From the NCBI GenBank assembly GCA_025201805.1, contig MU619254.1, positions 272,164 to 336,163 of the forward strand: a stretch of DNA of 64,000 nt, given 5' to 3'. Under the pieces are notes generated by a model that saw only the letters and a program-made list of their open reading frames with translations, had not been told where the DNA came from and ran no database searches. The position numbers were made by a program, and so were the translations under genes. The stretch comes from Parasitella parasitica NRRL 2501. Lineage: Eukaryota; Fungi; Mucoromycota. This document shows, piece by piece, positions 39,179 through 50,404 of the stretch (the stretch's first letter is position 1; each line of letters starts with the position of its first letter).

Positions 39179-40531
39179 ATGTCACTTTTAAGAAAGATTT
39201 CAGCAAGAGCTGCTCGTTCATATCCTCGTACACTAGCGATCGCCGTAAGTTTATCGTCTTTGATTGCATTTGATGTTGAGATTTAGAACATGTCATAGAC
39301 ACATCAACAAATCCGCCATAATGCTACTGCGGTCTCCGATGGTAAAGAGACGTCGAGGCTTCAAGAGCTCAGAAACAAATTGAAATCGGAGGAGGCTGGT
39401 ATCGATGAATTCATCAACACTGGCTACGAAAAGATGACCCACACTGAAGCACTAGAATTAAGAGAAACTGTGGTTGAAGGCAAGAAAGTCAAAACCACTA
39501 AATTGTAAGTATTGACCGTCGCTCCAATGTCATGTGGATATGGCGTATTGACTCAATCCGGTTTTCTCAGGAAGCAGCCTCGTCTGCCAGACTGGTTAAA
39601 GACAGAGATCCCATCCGGAAAGAATTTTGGTAAAATCAAGAGAGATTTGCGTGGTCTGAAACTTCACACAGTATGCGAAGAAGCTAGATGCCCCAATGTT
39701 GGCGATTGCTGGGGTGGCGGAGAGCATCAAACGGCTACTGCTACTATTATGTTGATGGGTGATGAGTGCACTCGTGGATGTCGCTTCTGCTCAGTCAAGA
39801 CCAACAAAGCACCCAAGCCGTTGGATCCTCATGAACCCGAGCACACCTCTGAAGCCATCAGTCGTTGGGGTCTAGATTATGTCGTCTTGACCAGCGTAGA
39901 TCGTGATGACCTTACTGATGGCGGCTCTAATCATTTTGCCGAGACTATTCGTAAAATCAAGCAAAAAGCTCCACATATTTTGGTCGAATGCTTAACTGGT
40001 GATTTTGGTGGAGATCTTTTGGGCGTTGAAACAGTTGCTTTATCCGGCTTGGATGTATATGCTCATAACATTGAGACAGTGGAGGCTTTGACACCTTTTG
40101 TCCGTGATCGCCGTGCTGGTTTCCGCCAATCGCTTGGAGTACTTGAACATGTCAAAAAAGTAAAGCCTGACTTGATTACAAAAACATCTATCATGCTGGG
40201 TTGTGGTGAGACAGACGAAGAAGTATTGGAGACACTTAAAGAACTTCGTAAAGCAGATGTGGATTGCGTTACTCTTGGACAATATATGAGACCTACAAAG
40301 AGACATATGAAGGTACATGAGTATGTTACCCCCGAGAAATTCAAACATTGGGAGACTACGGGCATGGAAATGGGCTTCAAGTATGTTGCGAGTGGACCGC
40401 TAGTCAGATCCAGCTATAAGGCAGGTGAATTCTACATTGGTAACATTTTGAAGAAGCGTAAGGGCTTGCCTCTTATTTCTACTCCTCCAGCCCCTGCGGA
40501 GGAATCAAAGTCTGGAAAAAAGGCCTTATAA
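39179..40531 (+). CDS. LIP5: Mitochondrial lipoyl synthase (radical SAM)
   Basis: Presequence [14 protein letters not shown]; [12 protein letters not shown]; CTRGCRFC; [13 protein letters not shown]; two introns. Confidence 0.96.
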
Positions 40532-40818
40532 TTTATCCAGTTTATACAATTTGCATTTTTTTTTCCTTGTACAATAAAATCGAAATATCTATAATATCTA
40601 TTTTCCCCAATTTGAGGTATCTGTGTGTAGCTAACCAGTCGAATCTAGCCCTTAAATGTTGCCTAATGAAGTTCCGCCTACATCTGGAAAATTATTGATG
40701 ACAGATACAATAAACAAAAGTTGTGTTACTATCCCCATTTCTGCACTTATAGTGCTGCCCAACTCGAGATTATATGAGTGCCTCTTTTTTTCCTCCTCTC
40801 ACTTATCACACTACAATA

Positions 40819-41911
40819 ATGTCGTTTTATGAATCGACCTCTAGATCTGATCTTCCCGAATTGCCAGAATTTACTCAATTGACAGATAGAGTTTGGAGGG
40901 TAATGGGCTTAAATCCTGGAAAGTTCACTCTTCAAGGTAGGCGATCCATAAAATAGCAAATTTCATATCCTAAATCATCCACTACCAGGTACAAACACCT
41001 ATCTTGTGGGTACTGGAAATCGCAAAATATTAATTGATTGCGGTGATGGTCAACCTGGTTATGTTCCCCTTTTGATTGAGTCACTGAAATCTATAAATCC
41101 AAAGGCATATATCTCTGATATTCTTATCAGCCATTGCCACACTGATCATTGGGGTGGGCTTCAGCACATTATGAGCTCAGAATTAAACAAGCCTCTCAGT
41201 GACACTGGAAAAAAGCTACAGAATATCAATATACACAAGTTTCCTCTAATTCCAAAGAGTAAGCTTTATCAATATTTCTACCAGCATTTGCAAAATCTGC
41301 CAGATTATGTTGTTTTCAACGATTTACAAGACAATCAGCGTATCACCGTGGATGAGGATGTTCATATCCGAGTTCTTCATACACCTGGTCATGCCAAAGA
41401 CCATTGTGCATTTCATTTAGAAGAAGAAGACATTGTATTTACTGCAGATTGTATTCTTGGGCATGGCTCTGTTGCTTTTGAAGATCTTACCGAGTATATT
41501 GGTAGTTTGCGCAAAATACAAGATCTTAGTCCGTCTCGTTTGTTTCCTGGCCATGGCGATATCGTAAATAATGGTACTGAAAAGGTAGAGCAATACTTGT
41601 CCCAGAGACTAGCCAAGGAGAACCAAATCGTAGATATTATGCTCCAGGACACTTCGGTTACATGGACGCCTATCGAATTAACAGAGTACATGAACAGTGT
41701 TTCCAAGAAGGCCTATAGCGAACAACTATTGGCAGTTGTTGTGCGTACCGTGGGATTGCATCTTATTAAACTGTCTAACGATGGGAAAATTGAAATGATT
41801 GATGCCAAACGATTTAAGCAAGACACAGGCATCGACCCTTATGACAGTGAAAATATCTTTAGAATTGTGAATCAGAAATGGAAATACATTGTCAGAGATA
41901 GCAAGCTATAG
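40819..41911 (+). CDS. Metallo-beta-lactamase-fold hydrolase (LACTB2-like) with PTS1
   Basis: GLNPGKFTLQG/TNTYLVGTG, SHCHTDH, HTPGHAKDH, FTADCILG, FPGHG; ends RDSKL; one intron. Confidence 0.9.
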
Positions 41912-42187
41912 ACAACGACCTTTCTCATCCACATACTAAACTAGAACCCTAGGTGCTGAATAAAAATTATTACCACATGCAAAATCCTATATGTCATATA
42001 TATTAAATTTCTTTTGGGGACCTGCATGCGAAAGCAAATTGCAATGCATACCACTCGAAGTAATGACACATCATCTCTATCAAAGAATCTTTATGCCGGC
42101 AAATACGCAACCAAACTCTAGTAATACGAAAATTCTTATCAAGATCAGCACCTTTCCAGTAGACAATATCTCTTTATTTTGTAACGA

Positions 42188-43666
42188 TTAAGAAGTTGTA
42201 TCAGGATTGCGATTACGCTGGCGGTTGCGATTTTGGTTGCGGTTACCATTATCCTTGGGTTTAGTTAAGAACGCTTCAAGTGCAAACTTTGCGGCCAAAT
42301 CTTTAGTGATCCAGCCTTTCTTTTCGAAGTCGCAAACAACCTCAAACTTGAAGGGTTCCTTCATACTATTCAAAGCCTTGCGAATCTGATTCGAGTGAAA
42401 ATCTTGCAATAGTTTGGCACGCTTTGCCAGAGGCAAGTTTTTGTATTTGGGGTCGCCTAGGTTCTTTGGATCAAGTGGATCAAAGTCTAACAAGATTGGT
42501 ATATTGTATTTTATAAATATATCGGTTGCATCGTGAAGGTAATCATCAGGAAATAGGATAGCCGCAACCTTGGCTCCCGGAAAGTGCACATCAAGGATTT
42601 TACTCGAAGCTATTCCCAGTGTGCATAGGTTTTCCTTAACTTCTGTGTAATGTCGAAGTCTACTGTTTATGTAAAGGTAGGTGAAGCCTTTATTTTGAAA
42701 TTTGCTCTTGTTAGATTGGCGGGTAGGTGTGGATTCGTCTCTTGTAGCTAAAACTGTGGTTTTTGGAGGGTCAATTGGAGCAGGTGTTGTGGTCGTTATC
42801 TGTGTTGGGAGTATGATCGGCATAGATGCTGATGCCAGTGCTGCTGCTTGTTCTGACTTTGCTGTCATTATTGAAATTTCTTTTGCTGCTGACGAAGTTG
42901 CTGGTAATAATGGGATCGTGGGCACTTGCACTGGAGCTACTTGAGTTACTAGTTTTTTCTTTTTGGTTTGTTCTATTGTTTTACTGCTGTGAGGGAGATT
43001 GGATGCGTTGAGATTATTATCATGATTGGTGTATGGTGAGGCTGTTTGACTTGTATTGAACTTGGATGTATATTTTCTTGATTCAGTACGTGCAGTTTGG
43101 TTGTGAGTATCAGCCCCAGAGTACTCGGGTGATTGAAAGTCATTTGATGGATCTTCCTCTTCATTGACAGAATAAGTCTCTTCAGATGGTTGAAATTCGC
43201 TTGTTTCTGTACTGCATGCTGAACCATTATCAGCGTTGTTGGAAGAGCGTTTTACAGGTACATCAAAGCTAGAACAGGAGTCTCCAGTGTACACTGATTG
43301 ATCATCGAATTGCAATTCGTCGAGCTTATCCACGATATTGAGGAGGGTCTGATGAAGTGTTTGTTGATTGATGCTCACTATAGAAACCTGTTGTGCTATC
43401 GCTGCTGTGCGATCAAGCATGGCTTTTTCTATGGTTTCGATTCGCCTTACCAGAGGTTCTAGGCTGCTGTCAATGCATTGTTTGAAGGATCTGACAAGTG
43501 TGTCGGTGGAATTTGCCTTATCCACATTGGAATGTTCAGACGCCGGTGCAAATGTAATTGTATTCGCCTGAGAAAGTGCTTGTGAACGGAAATTCGGTAT
43601 TAAAACCGCTTTAGGGAGTTCAGATATGTTATCTTTTTCTGCAGAAGTCTCACTGTTGTTAGACAT
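42188..43666 (-). CDS. Intact intronless protein resembling ORF1 of Mucorales non-LTR retroelements; no linked RT
   Basis: N-terminal coiled coil, S/T/P-rich linker, and a C-terminal block GFTYLYI...LGIASSKILDVHFP..KVAAIL...FDPLDPKNLGDPKY...GWIT. I recall this block from repeat-derived Mucorales proteins; not verified by search. Confidence 0.6.
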   Translation of the reverse strand: MSNNSETSAEKDNISELPKAVLIPNFRSQALSQANTITFAPASEHSNVDKANSTDTLVRSFKQCIDSSLEPLVRRIETIEKAMLDRTAAIAQQVSIVSINQQTLHQTLLNIVDKLDELQFDDQSVYTGDSCSSFDVPVKRSSNNADNGSACSTETSEFQPSEETYSVNEEEDPSNDFQSPEYSGADTHNQTARTESRKYTSKFNTSQTASPYTNHDNNLNASNLPHSSKTIEQTKKKKLVTQVAPVQVPTIPLLPATSSAAKEISIMTAKSEQAAALASASMPIILPTQITTTTPAPIDPPKTTVLATRDESTPTRQSNKSKFQNKGFTYLYINSRLRHYTEVKENLCTLGIASSKILDVHFPGAKVAAILFPDDYLHDATDIFIKYNIPILLDFDPLDPKNLGDPKYKNLPLAKRAKLLQDFHSNQIRKALNSMKEPFKFEVVCDFEKKGWITKDLAAKFALEAFLTKPKDNGNRNQNRNRQRNRNPDTTS

Positions 43667-44008
43667 ATTGCCAAGGAAATGAGAAGAAGAGGAAAAAAAG
43701 AGGATGTGCTGTCAAGCATGGTGACTGCCGCGGCAAAACAATGGTATCTCATTAAGCGATCAGTGTGCTCTCTCGGTTCAGCGTGGATATAGTGAGTTAG
43801 CATTGAACGTTATATAATAGTAGCAGCCTCCAGAGTACTGATTAACTCTGGCTGCTGCGACTAGAGCATCGTCGAGCACGAGCAATTCACAATGTTGCAA
43901 TTTCGTTGCTATGGTAATGAAGCAAGTCACTAGAAATTGCAAGCTGTACATCCCAGACAGAGAGTTCCCTCTTTTTATTCATGAAATGAGTACTTGTGCT
44001 GAGAAGAT

Positions 44009-45319
44009 ATGGTCATAGAACAAGAAAAGCTCGATAAAAACCATGTTCCAACTACCCTTGCAAAAAGATTCATAGAAAAAAGTGCCAATACAAACCTTTC
44101 AACATCGCGGTCGACATCATCACTGCCAAACCTGGTCAACTATGCGATTCTATCAGCAACAGCCAGTTTGTCCAGGAGGCAGATAGCTGACATGTCAACA
44201 TCAATGCGCCGAGGCTACAGTGAACATGATCCCATTAACATGGCTAGAGATCAGCCAAAAACCGATAGCCATCGTACTACCAAAAGAAGGCACTCTTTTA
44301 GCAGCTTCTTGAACGCAAAATATGGAAAATCAGCTACTGCTGATGAAGATGACGATGAATTTCGTGATTATAAAAGGTTGTCTGCGACATCCACTGTCAA
44401 TAGCAATTCTGCGATGGAAAAGAATTCACTGAACGGTGTGCGATCCAAGACAAATCAAGCTAAAAAAGGACATAGACCAAGATCCTATTCCGAGTAAGTG
44501 TCTCAATGCAATTGGAATGGGTGTATTCTGTTTTGATGAACAAAACGGTATAGAGTTCCTTATAACCTGCCACACGTAGAAAGGGCGCCGCCAGTAGCCA
44601 TTACAAACAAAACACCTGCTTATGAATACTATGGGTTCGTCATGTACTTGTCATCCTTTGTAGCACTAGGTAATTCAGCTTAGTTACTATATCAATTGTT
44701 TGTTGCTAATTTATCCAAAAACTAAATAGGTATATACTTGATTTGGGCATACGTCCCTGATGAGATTCTGCATAGCTTGGGCATTACCTACTATCCAAAC
44801 CGATATTGGGCATTGGCTATACCAATTTGGCTGATGACATTTGTATGGTTTATCTTTATATCATTCATGACTATAAACTTAATGAATACGGCTCCATTCT
44901 ACTATCTTTACTGCATAACAGGTAATCATGCTTAAACATACTTTGAATCGCCCATCTTAAAATGCAATGAATATATAGACGAGCATGCAAATTTGATGGA
45001 ATTGGACAATCAACTAGTATCTGATAGGCCATCCGATTGGATACCAGAACTCCATGATCTACCAATCGGCCTTGTAAATAAATTTCTTTACCTGGATGAC
45101 AACGAGGACCAAGAAGACATGTCATTCAAGATGATACCAACTGTGAAAGCTAGTTCCAGAAAGACTCGCCATAACAATACCAATCTTAATAATCTTAATA
45201 ATAACACGCTAATCCGAGAATTCAATTCACCAAGTCTGGTAGATACAGCTGATGAAATGAGCGAGGAAGACGCTTTAGCCCTACGAAGGAGCAAGTACGG
45301 GAAAAGATTCACAAAATAG
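44009..45319 (+). CDS. GPI19: GPI-GlcNAc transferase subunit PIG-P/Gpi19 with a long N-terminal extension
   Basis: YEYYGFVMY, YLIWAYVPDEILHSLGITYYPNRYWALAIP, ITD, IPELHDLPIGLVNKFLY; three introns. Confidence 0.9.
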
Positions 45320-45419
45320 ATCATCTAATTTACATAATAAAGTAATTAAAACTGAGGATTTGGGTGTTGCTGTATCACATAAACCTGGGGTGAGACCAGG
45401 TTATATATTTGAATTGCAT

Positions 45420-45846
45420 ATGATAAGATATGATATTCTGCTTTTTACGGGAGCTTCGCCATGTGATTAGTCAGTGCCATTATTAGCACTAAAAATATCT
45501 TATCTTTATCTTATTATATAATCCCAGAAGAGGCACTACCATTGCGTGTATATTTAGCAAGATCCAGCAATTAAGTGAAAGTCAATACCACAATAGTGTA
45601 TACTGAAATAATAATCATGACAAACTACCAAATAGATGCATAGATATATCATTTATTTAATATGCGAGTAACAGAAGGGTATAACTTGCAATAGGTATTT
45701 TTGGTATAAACGGTTTGTACTCCAATAGAGTAACTCATAACCAACAGATAAGAGATAGGCTTCTGCTCTTTTAACCATCCGCCTGCCTTTTAAGGCATTC
45801 TGATAGGAATCGAATATTAGATCAAAACCATAAAATCATATAAAAG
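45420..45846 (+). promoter_or_regulatory. GATA-site cluster and TATA box upstream of glutamine synthetase
   Basis: GATAAG 45422, CTTATC 45499, TTTATC 45505, GATAAG 45747, GATAGG 45754 and 45802; TATAAAA 45839-45845. Consistent with AreA/Gln3-type nitrogen control. Confidence 0.55.
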
Positions 45847-45912
45847 AAGCTTTGCAGAGCATTATTTATCCTCCTTTCAACCAATTCACTTGTCTCTCCC
45901 CTTGTACATAAA

Positions 45913-46983
45913 ATGGCCGCAATCTCCAACAACGATCTCCTTCAAAAATATCTTACTCTTGATCAAAGAAGCAAGGTTCAAGTCGAATATGTTTGGATCG
46001 ATGCTGTCAATTGCGTAAGAAGCAAGACCAGGACCGTTGATTTCATCCCTACAAAGGCTGAGCAGTTACCCGAGTGGAACTTTGATGGCTCCTCAACTAA
46101 ACAATCTGAGGGACACGATTCTGACATTTTGATCAAGCCTGTTGCCCTGTATGCGGATCCTTTCCGTCGTGGCGACAACAAGTTTGTCATCTGTGAAACT
46201 TATAATCCTGATGGCACACCCCACTCTACCAACTACCGTTATGAATGCAAAAAAATCATGGATACCTATGCTGATTCTAAGCCTTGGTTTGGCATCGAGC
46301 AAGAATACAGCCTCTTTGATCCTGAAACCAACAAGCCTTGCGGTTGGCCCAAGCATGGTTTCCCCGAAGCTCAAGGTAAATACTACTGTGGTGTTGGTGC
46401 TGGAAAAGTCTTTGGCCGTGATATTGTTGAATCTCATTACCGTGCCTGTCTCTTTGCTGGTATCAACATTTCCGGTGTCAATATGGAAGTTGCTCCTGGT
46501 CAATTCGAGTATCAAGTCGGTCCTTGCTCCGGTATTGATATGGGTGATGAACTCTGGGCTTCTCGCTACCTTTTAGAACGTGTTGCTGAAGACTTTGGAA
46601 TTATTGTTTCTATCCATCCCAAGCCTATCAAGGGTGATTGGAACGGTGCTGGCTGCCATACCAATTTCTCTACTGAAGAGATGCGTCAAGAAGGCGGTAT
46701 AGTCGCTATAGAAAAGGCTATCAAGAAGATGAGCTTGCGTCATATGGAACACATTGCCGTATATGGTGAAGATAATGATCAGCGTTTAACTGGTAAGCAC
46801 GAAACTGCCGGTATGCATGAGTTTTCGTATGGCGTTGCCAACCGTGGCGCTTCTATTCGTATTCCTCGCCATGTCGGTAAGGAAGGTAAGGGCTACTTGG
46901 AAGATCGTAGACCTGCTTCCAACATTGATCCTTATCGTGTTACTGCTATCATCCTCGAATCTACCTTTCTCCCTGAACACTAA
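45913..46983 (+). CDS. GLN1: Glutamine synthetase type II, intronless
   Basis: [72 protein letters not shown]. Confidence 0.97.
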   Translation: MAAISNNDLLQKYLTLDQRSKVQVEYVWIDAVNCVRSKTRTVDFIPTKAEQLPEWNFDGSSTKQSEGHDSDILIKPVALYADPFRRGDNKFVICETYNPDGTPHSTNYRYECKKIMDTYADSKPWFGIEQEYSLFDPETNKPCGWPKHGFPEAQGKYYCGVGAGKVFGRDIVESHYRACLFAGINISGVNMEVAPGQFEYQVGPCSGIDMGDELWASRYLLERVAEDFGIIVSIHPKPIKGDWNGAGCHTNFSTEEMRQEGGIVAIEKAIKKMSLRHMEHIAVYGEDNDQRLTGKHETAGMHEFSYGVANRGASIRIPRHVGKEGKGYLEDRRPASNIDPYRVTAIILESTFLPEH

Positions 46984-47421
46984 TCTAAATCGCCTAGAAT
47001 ACGTGCTGTAATAATCTCCCCCTTTCTTATTCCTTGTACATTAGACTTAAATTTGACATTATTTTAATTGATAAAAACATTTTGTATTACACTTTTAAAA
47101 TCTTTGATGCTGTCTTCCAATATAACTACGATGAAATAGAGATAGATGATTATCTTGCCATGTTTTTAACTTGGAAGTTCAATGATGTCAAAGTCTAATA
47201 CGCCTTATGAATTTGGTTACTTTCATTGCTCCTAAAAGAGTGGCATTACTTGTTGGAGACGTCATGTCTTTATTAAATTTGTATCTAATAATCTAATATC
47301 ATATATCCAAAGTAGACCAGAATATGAACTACTGGTAGGAGCTTTTATCAAACAAAAAAAGTCGGTACATGAGTAACAAACTGTTTTCGTGAGACGTTTA
47401 ATTGGAAAAATTGACAAAAAG

Positions 47422-47495
47422 TGATTTCTGCCAGGCTCGAACTGGCGACCACTTGCGTGTTAGGCAAGTGTGATAACCAGCTACACCAAGAAACC
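47422..47495 (-). tRNA. tRNA-Val(AAC)
   Basis: Identical to the 35171 copy; T-run terminator downstream. Confidence 0.97.
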
Positions 47496-49131
47496 AACTC
47501 ATATCTTGGTGCACGCCGTAACATATTAATTCTCAAATTACTTAAAAAGAAGCACGTGACATGAGAAGAGACTCAAGCATGTTGAACACTTTACATTGGG
47601 CCAACAAGAAGATATGAATTATATCAAAGGAGAATAAATTTAAAATGCTAAAGGAACTGGATAATAATGATTTACTTTAGGTGAGTGATACTTTGAAGCG
47701 TAGATGTGGTCTCAATGCGAACATGCAGTATATTGATCACAATTCTGTGGATATGTTGTATAAGTTATCCAGGTTATTATCAGCTGATGTAGGACGATAT
47801 TAGAAAATATGTGTGGAGAAATCAAAGCCAATTTTATTACGGTAAAGCAAAATCGAATCTCTTTTTTTTTTTTACTTGGTTTGATTAATACATAGGCTGA
47901 AGTTCAGACTTGTTTGACATTTTTTCCATCAAGGTATCTAGGAATTTTTTTTTTTTTTTATATATTTTCAAGTGACTTTGCGCATTATTCAGCTCTGCAT
48001 TTATGGGTATATATTTCAAATAAATTCTCCAAGAAAAACCTCGAGAGTAAATTTGCGACTAAAGAGATATATGTATTTCGACTAAAGTGTTGTATTCTTG
48101 GAATACCATGGTTACCATTATTTCAGCTCAGTTGTCATGGCATATGTTCCTGACAAATCTCATGGTTAAATGTCATATGTTATTCTACAAAATAAATAGA
48201 CGTAATCAGTAGAATGTCTTGTATAAGAGACCCTCTATTTGGTTCCTACTTATTCTATATTGCGAAGTTAGATTTATCGATGAATGATTCATAATCATAA
48301 CGATTAGCTGATTAAACACGGTATAACCTTGTTTGACAATTGAATGTCAAACATGAACCGATTGTATGCAAAGATTGATTCATATGAATTTATTCTAACA
48401 TAAATAGACAGCTTCTTACCAATCAATAAAATTGATAGTTTTGTATATTGATAAAATACTTTCCTACTTTTTTTATCATGTATGGTACACTCATCTGCTG
48501 TGCTCATTTTCAAGACCTAACACAACATTAAAGACTAAATTTGTACATTTTACTCTTAAAATGGCCACCAAGTACCAAAATCAATTTTTTATGTATTGAA
48601 ATTGTATCCTTAATAGCTGATCAAGGTCAAGAGAAAATGTAATGTTTTCGATGAACAGATACCATTAATAATTAAGATTGGTAATGATCTGGACAAACTC
48701 CGGGACACAATTTGGGTGCATTCTTACCTACTTGAATCAGTTACAAAGGGCAGAATTAGTAGTACATTATTAAAAACGTGATATTCACATGCTGGAACAT
48801 GCCTTCTTTCCTTCTACTCTCTTCTCCAAGCTGCTCTGCGGGACATTCTACTGATTCAATACTCGTGAAAACGCTCTACAGGTATTGTATCTTTTAATAT
48901 AAATACACTTGATCAATAGAAGAGATAAATATAAATTAATTGCACCATTTACAGAAAATAAGTAATATCATATCCTATATACTACGGTTATTAAGGGCTT
49001 TTTGCCTTATTTCCATTGATATCAAAATCGAATCGAGTTCAACCTCAATTACAAGTGGAGAGCCAAGTAGATGATATAAAAATTCCTCCTTCACGTGAAC
49101 CATTTTTTTTTGGTCAAAAAAAAAAAAAAAA

Positions 49132-50377
49132 ATGCTATTTAAAAACGTTCACTTATTTAGACCTCCATCTTTTCTTTCGATTCATTATTTGAACAACAAG
49201 TCTTATACCACCTTAAAGAAAATGACAAAGACTAAGGAGCGTGTATGTGTGATTGGTTCAGGCAACTGGTAAGTGTAGGAATTTACTGGTAGGGTTTTTA
49301 CTCAACAACCAACCCGAACCAAAATATCAGGGGTTCTGCTGTAGGGAAGATCATTGGTGAAAATGTGCTTAAACACTCGGATTTGTTTGAACCTGAAGTT
49401 CGTCAATGGGTGTTCCAAGAGGACTTCAAAGGAGAGAAATTAACAGATGTGATTAACCGAGAAAGAGAGAACCCCAAGTATCTGCCCGGTATTAAATTTA
49501 CAGATAACATCAAGGCTGTACCAGATTTGGTGGATGCTAGTCGTGATGCTAGTGTGTTGGTATTTGTTTTGCCTCATCAGTTTGTTCGAGGCGTATGTGA
49601 ACAGATGAAGGGATCTATTGCACCTAATGCCAAAGCAATTTCACTCATCAAAGGTCTTGAGATCAAGCCTGAAGGTGTTACGTTGTTTTCAGAGGAAATA
49701 TCTCGAAAATTAGGGATCAATGTAGCAGCTTTGAGTGGAGCCAACATTGCTGATGAAGTTGCTCTTGAACGCTTTTGTGAAACAACTATTGGAAGTCGCT
49801 CGGAGCAAGATGGCGAATTGTTTTTCAAGCTATTCAATACTAGTTATTTCCACGTAAATGTTATTCGTGATTATGTTGGGGTTGAACTTTGTGGTGCTTT
49901 GAAAAATGTTGTGGCTGTTGGAGCAGGCATTTCTGATGGCTTAGGGTAAGTATTCCTGTGGTTGGGGTAAACAAAAATCAAATGACGTATAAAAATTGCA
50001 TCAGTTATGGAAGCAACACAAAGGCTGCCATTATCCGCTTAGGACTAATGGAGATGCGAAAATTTGGTCAGACATTTTTTGGTACAGTTGAGGATACAAC
50101 TTTCTTTGAGTCGTGTGGCGTTGCTGATTTGATTACGACATGCTCTGGTGGTCGCAATAGAAAAGTAGCAGAAGCATTTGCAAAGACACGCAAACCTATT
50201 GACGTATTGGAAAAGCAAATGCTGAACGGACAAAAATTACAGGGGACGTTGACAGCTCAAGAAGTGCATCAGTTTCTTTCTGCACGCAAATTAACAAAAG
50301 AGTTTCCTCTATTCGAAACAGTTTACCGCATTATTTATGAAAATGCCCCAATAGAATCAATTGTTCGTGATATTTGA
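49132..50377 (+). CDS. GPD1: NAD-dependent glycerol-3-phosphate dehydrogenase; second in-frame ATG at 49222
   Basis: VCVIGSGNW/GSA, ENPKYLPG, VFVLPHQF, LSGANIA, CGALKNVVA, ESCGVADLITTCSGGRN, NGQKLQG; two introns. Confidence 0.95.
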
Positions 50378-50404
50378 TCTGTATGTATATATTTATTGTT
50401 TCAT

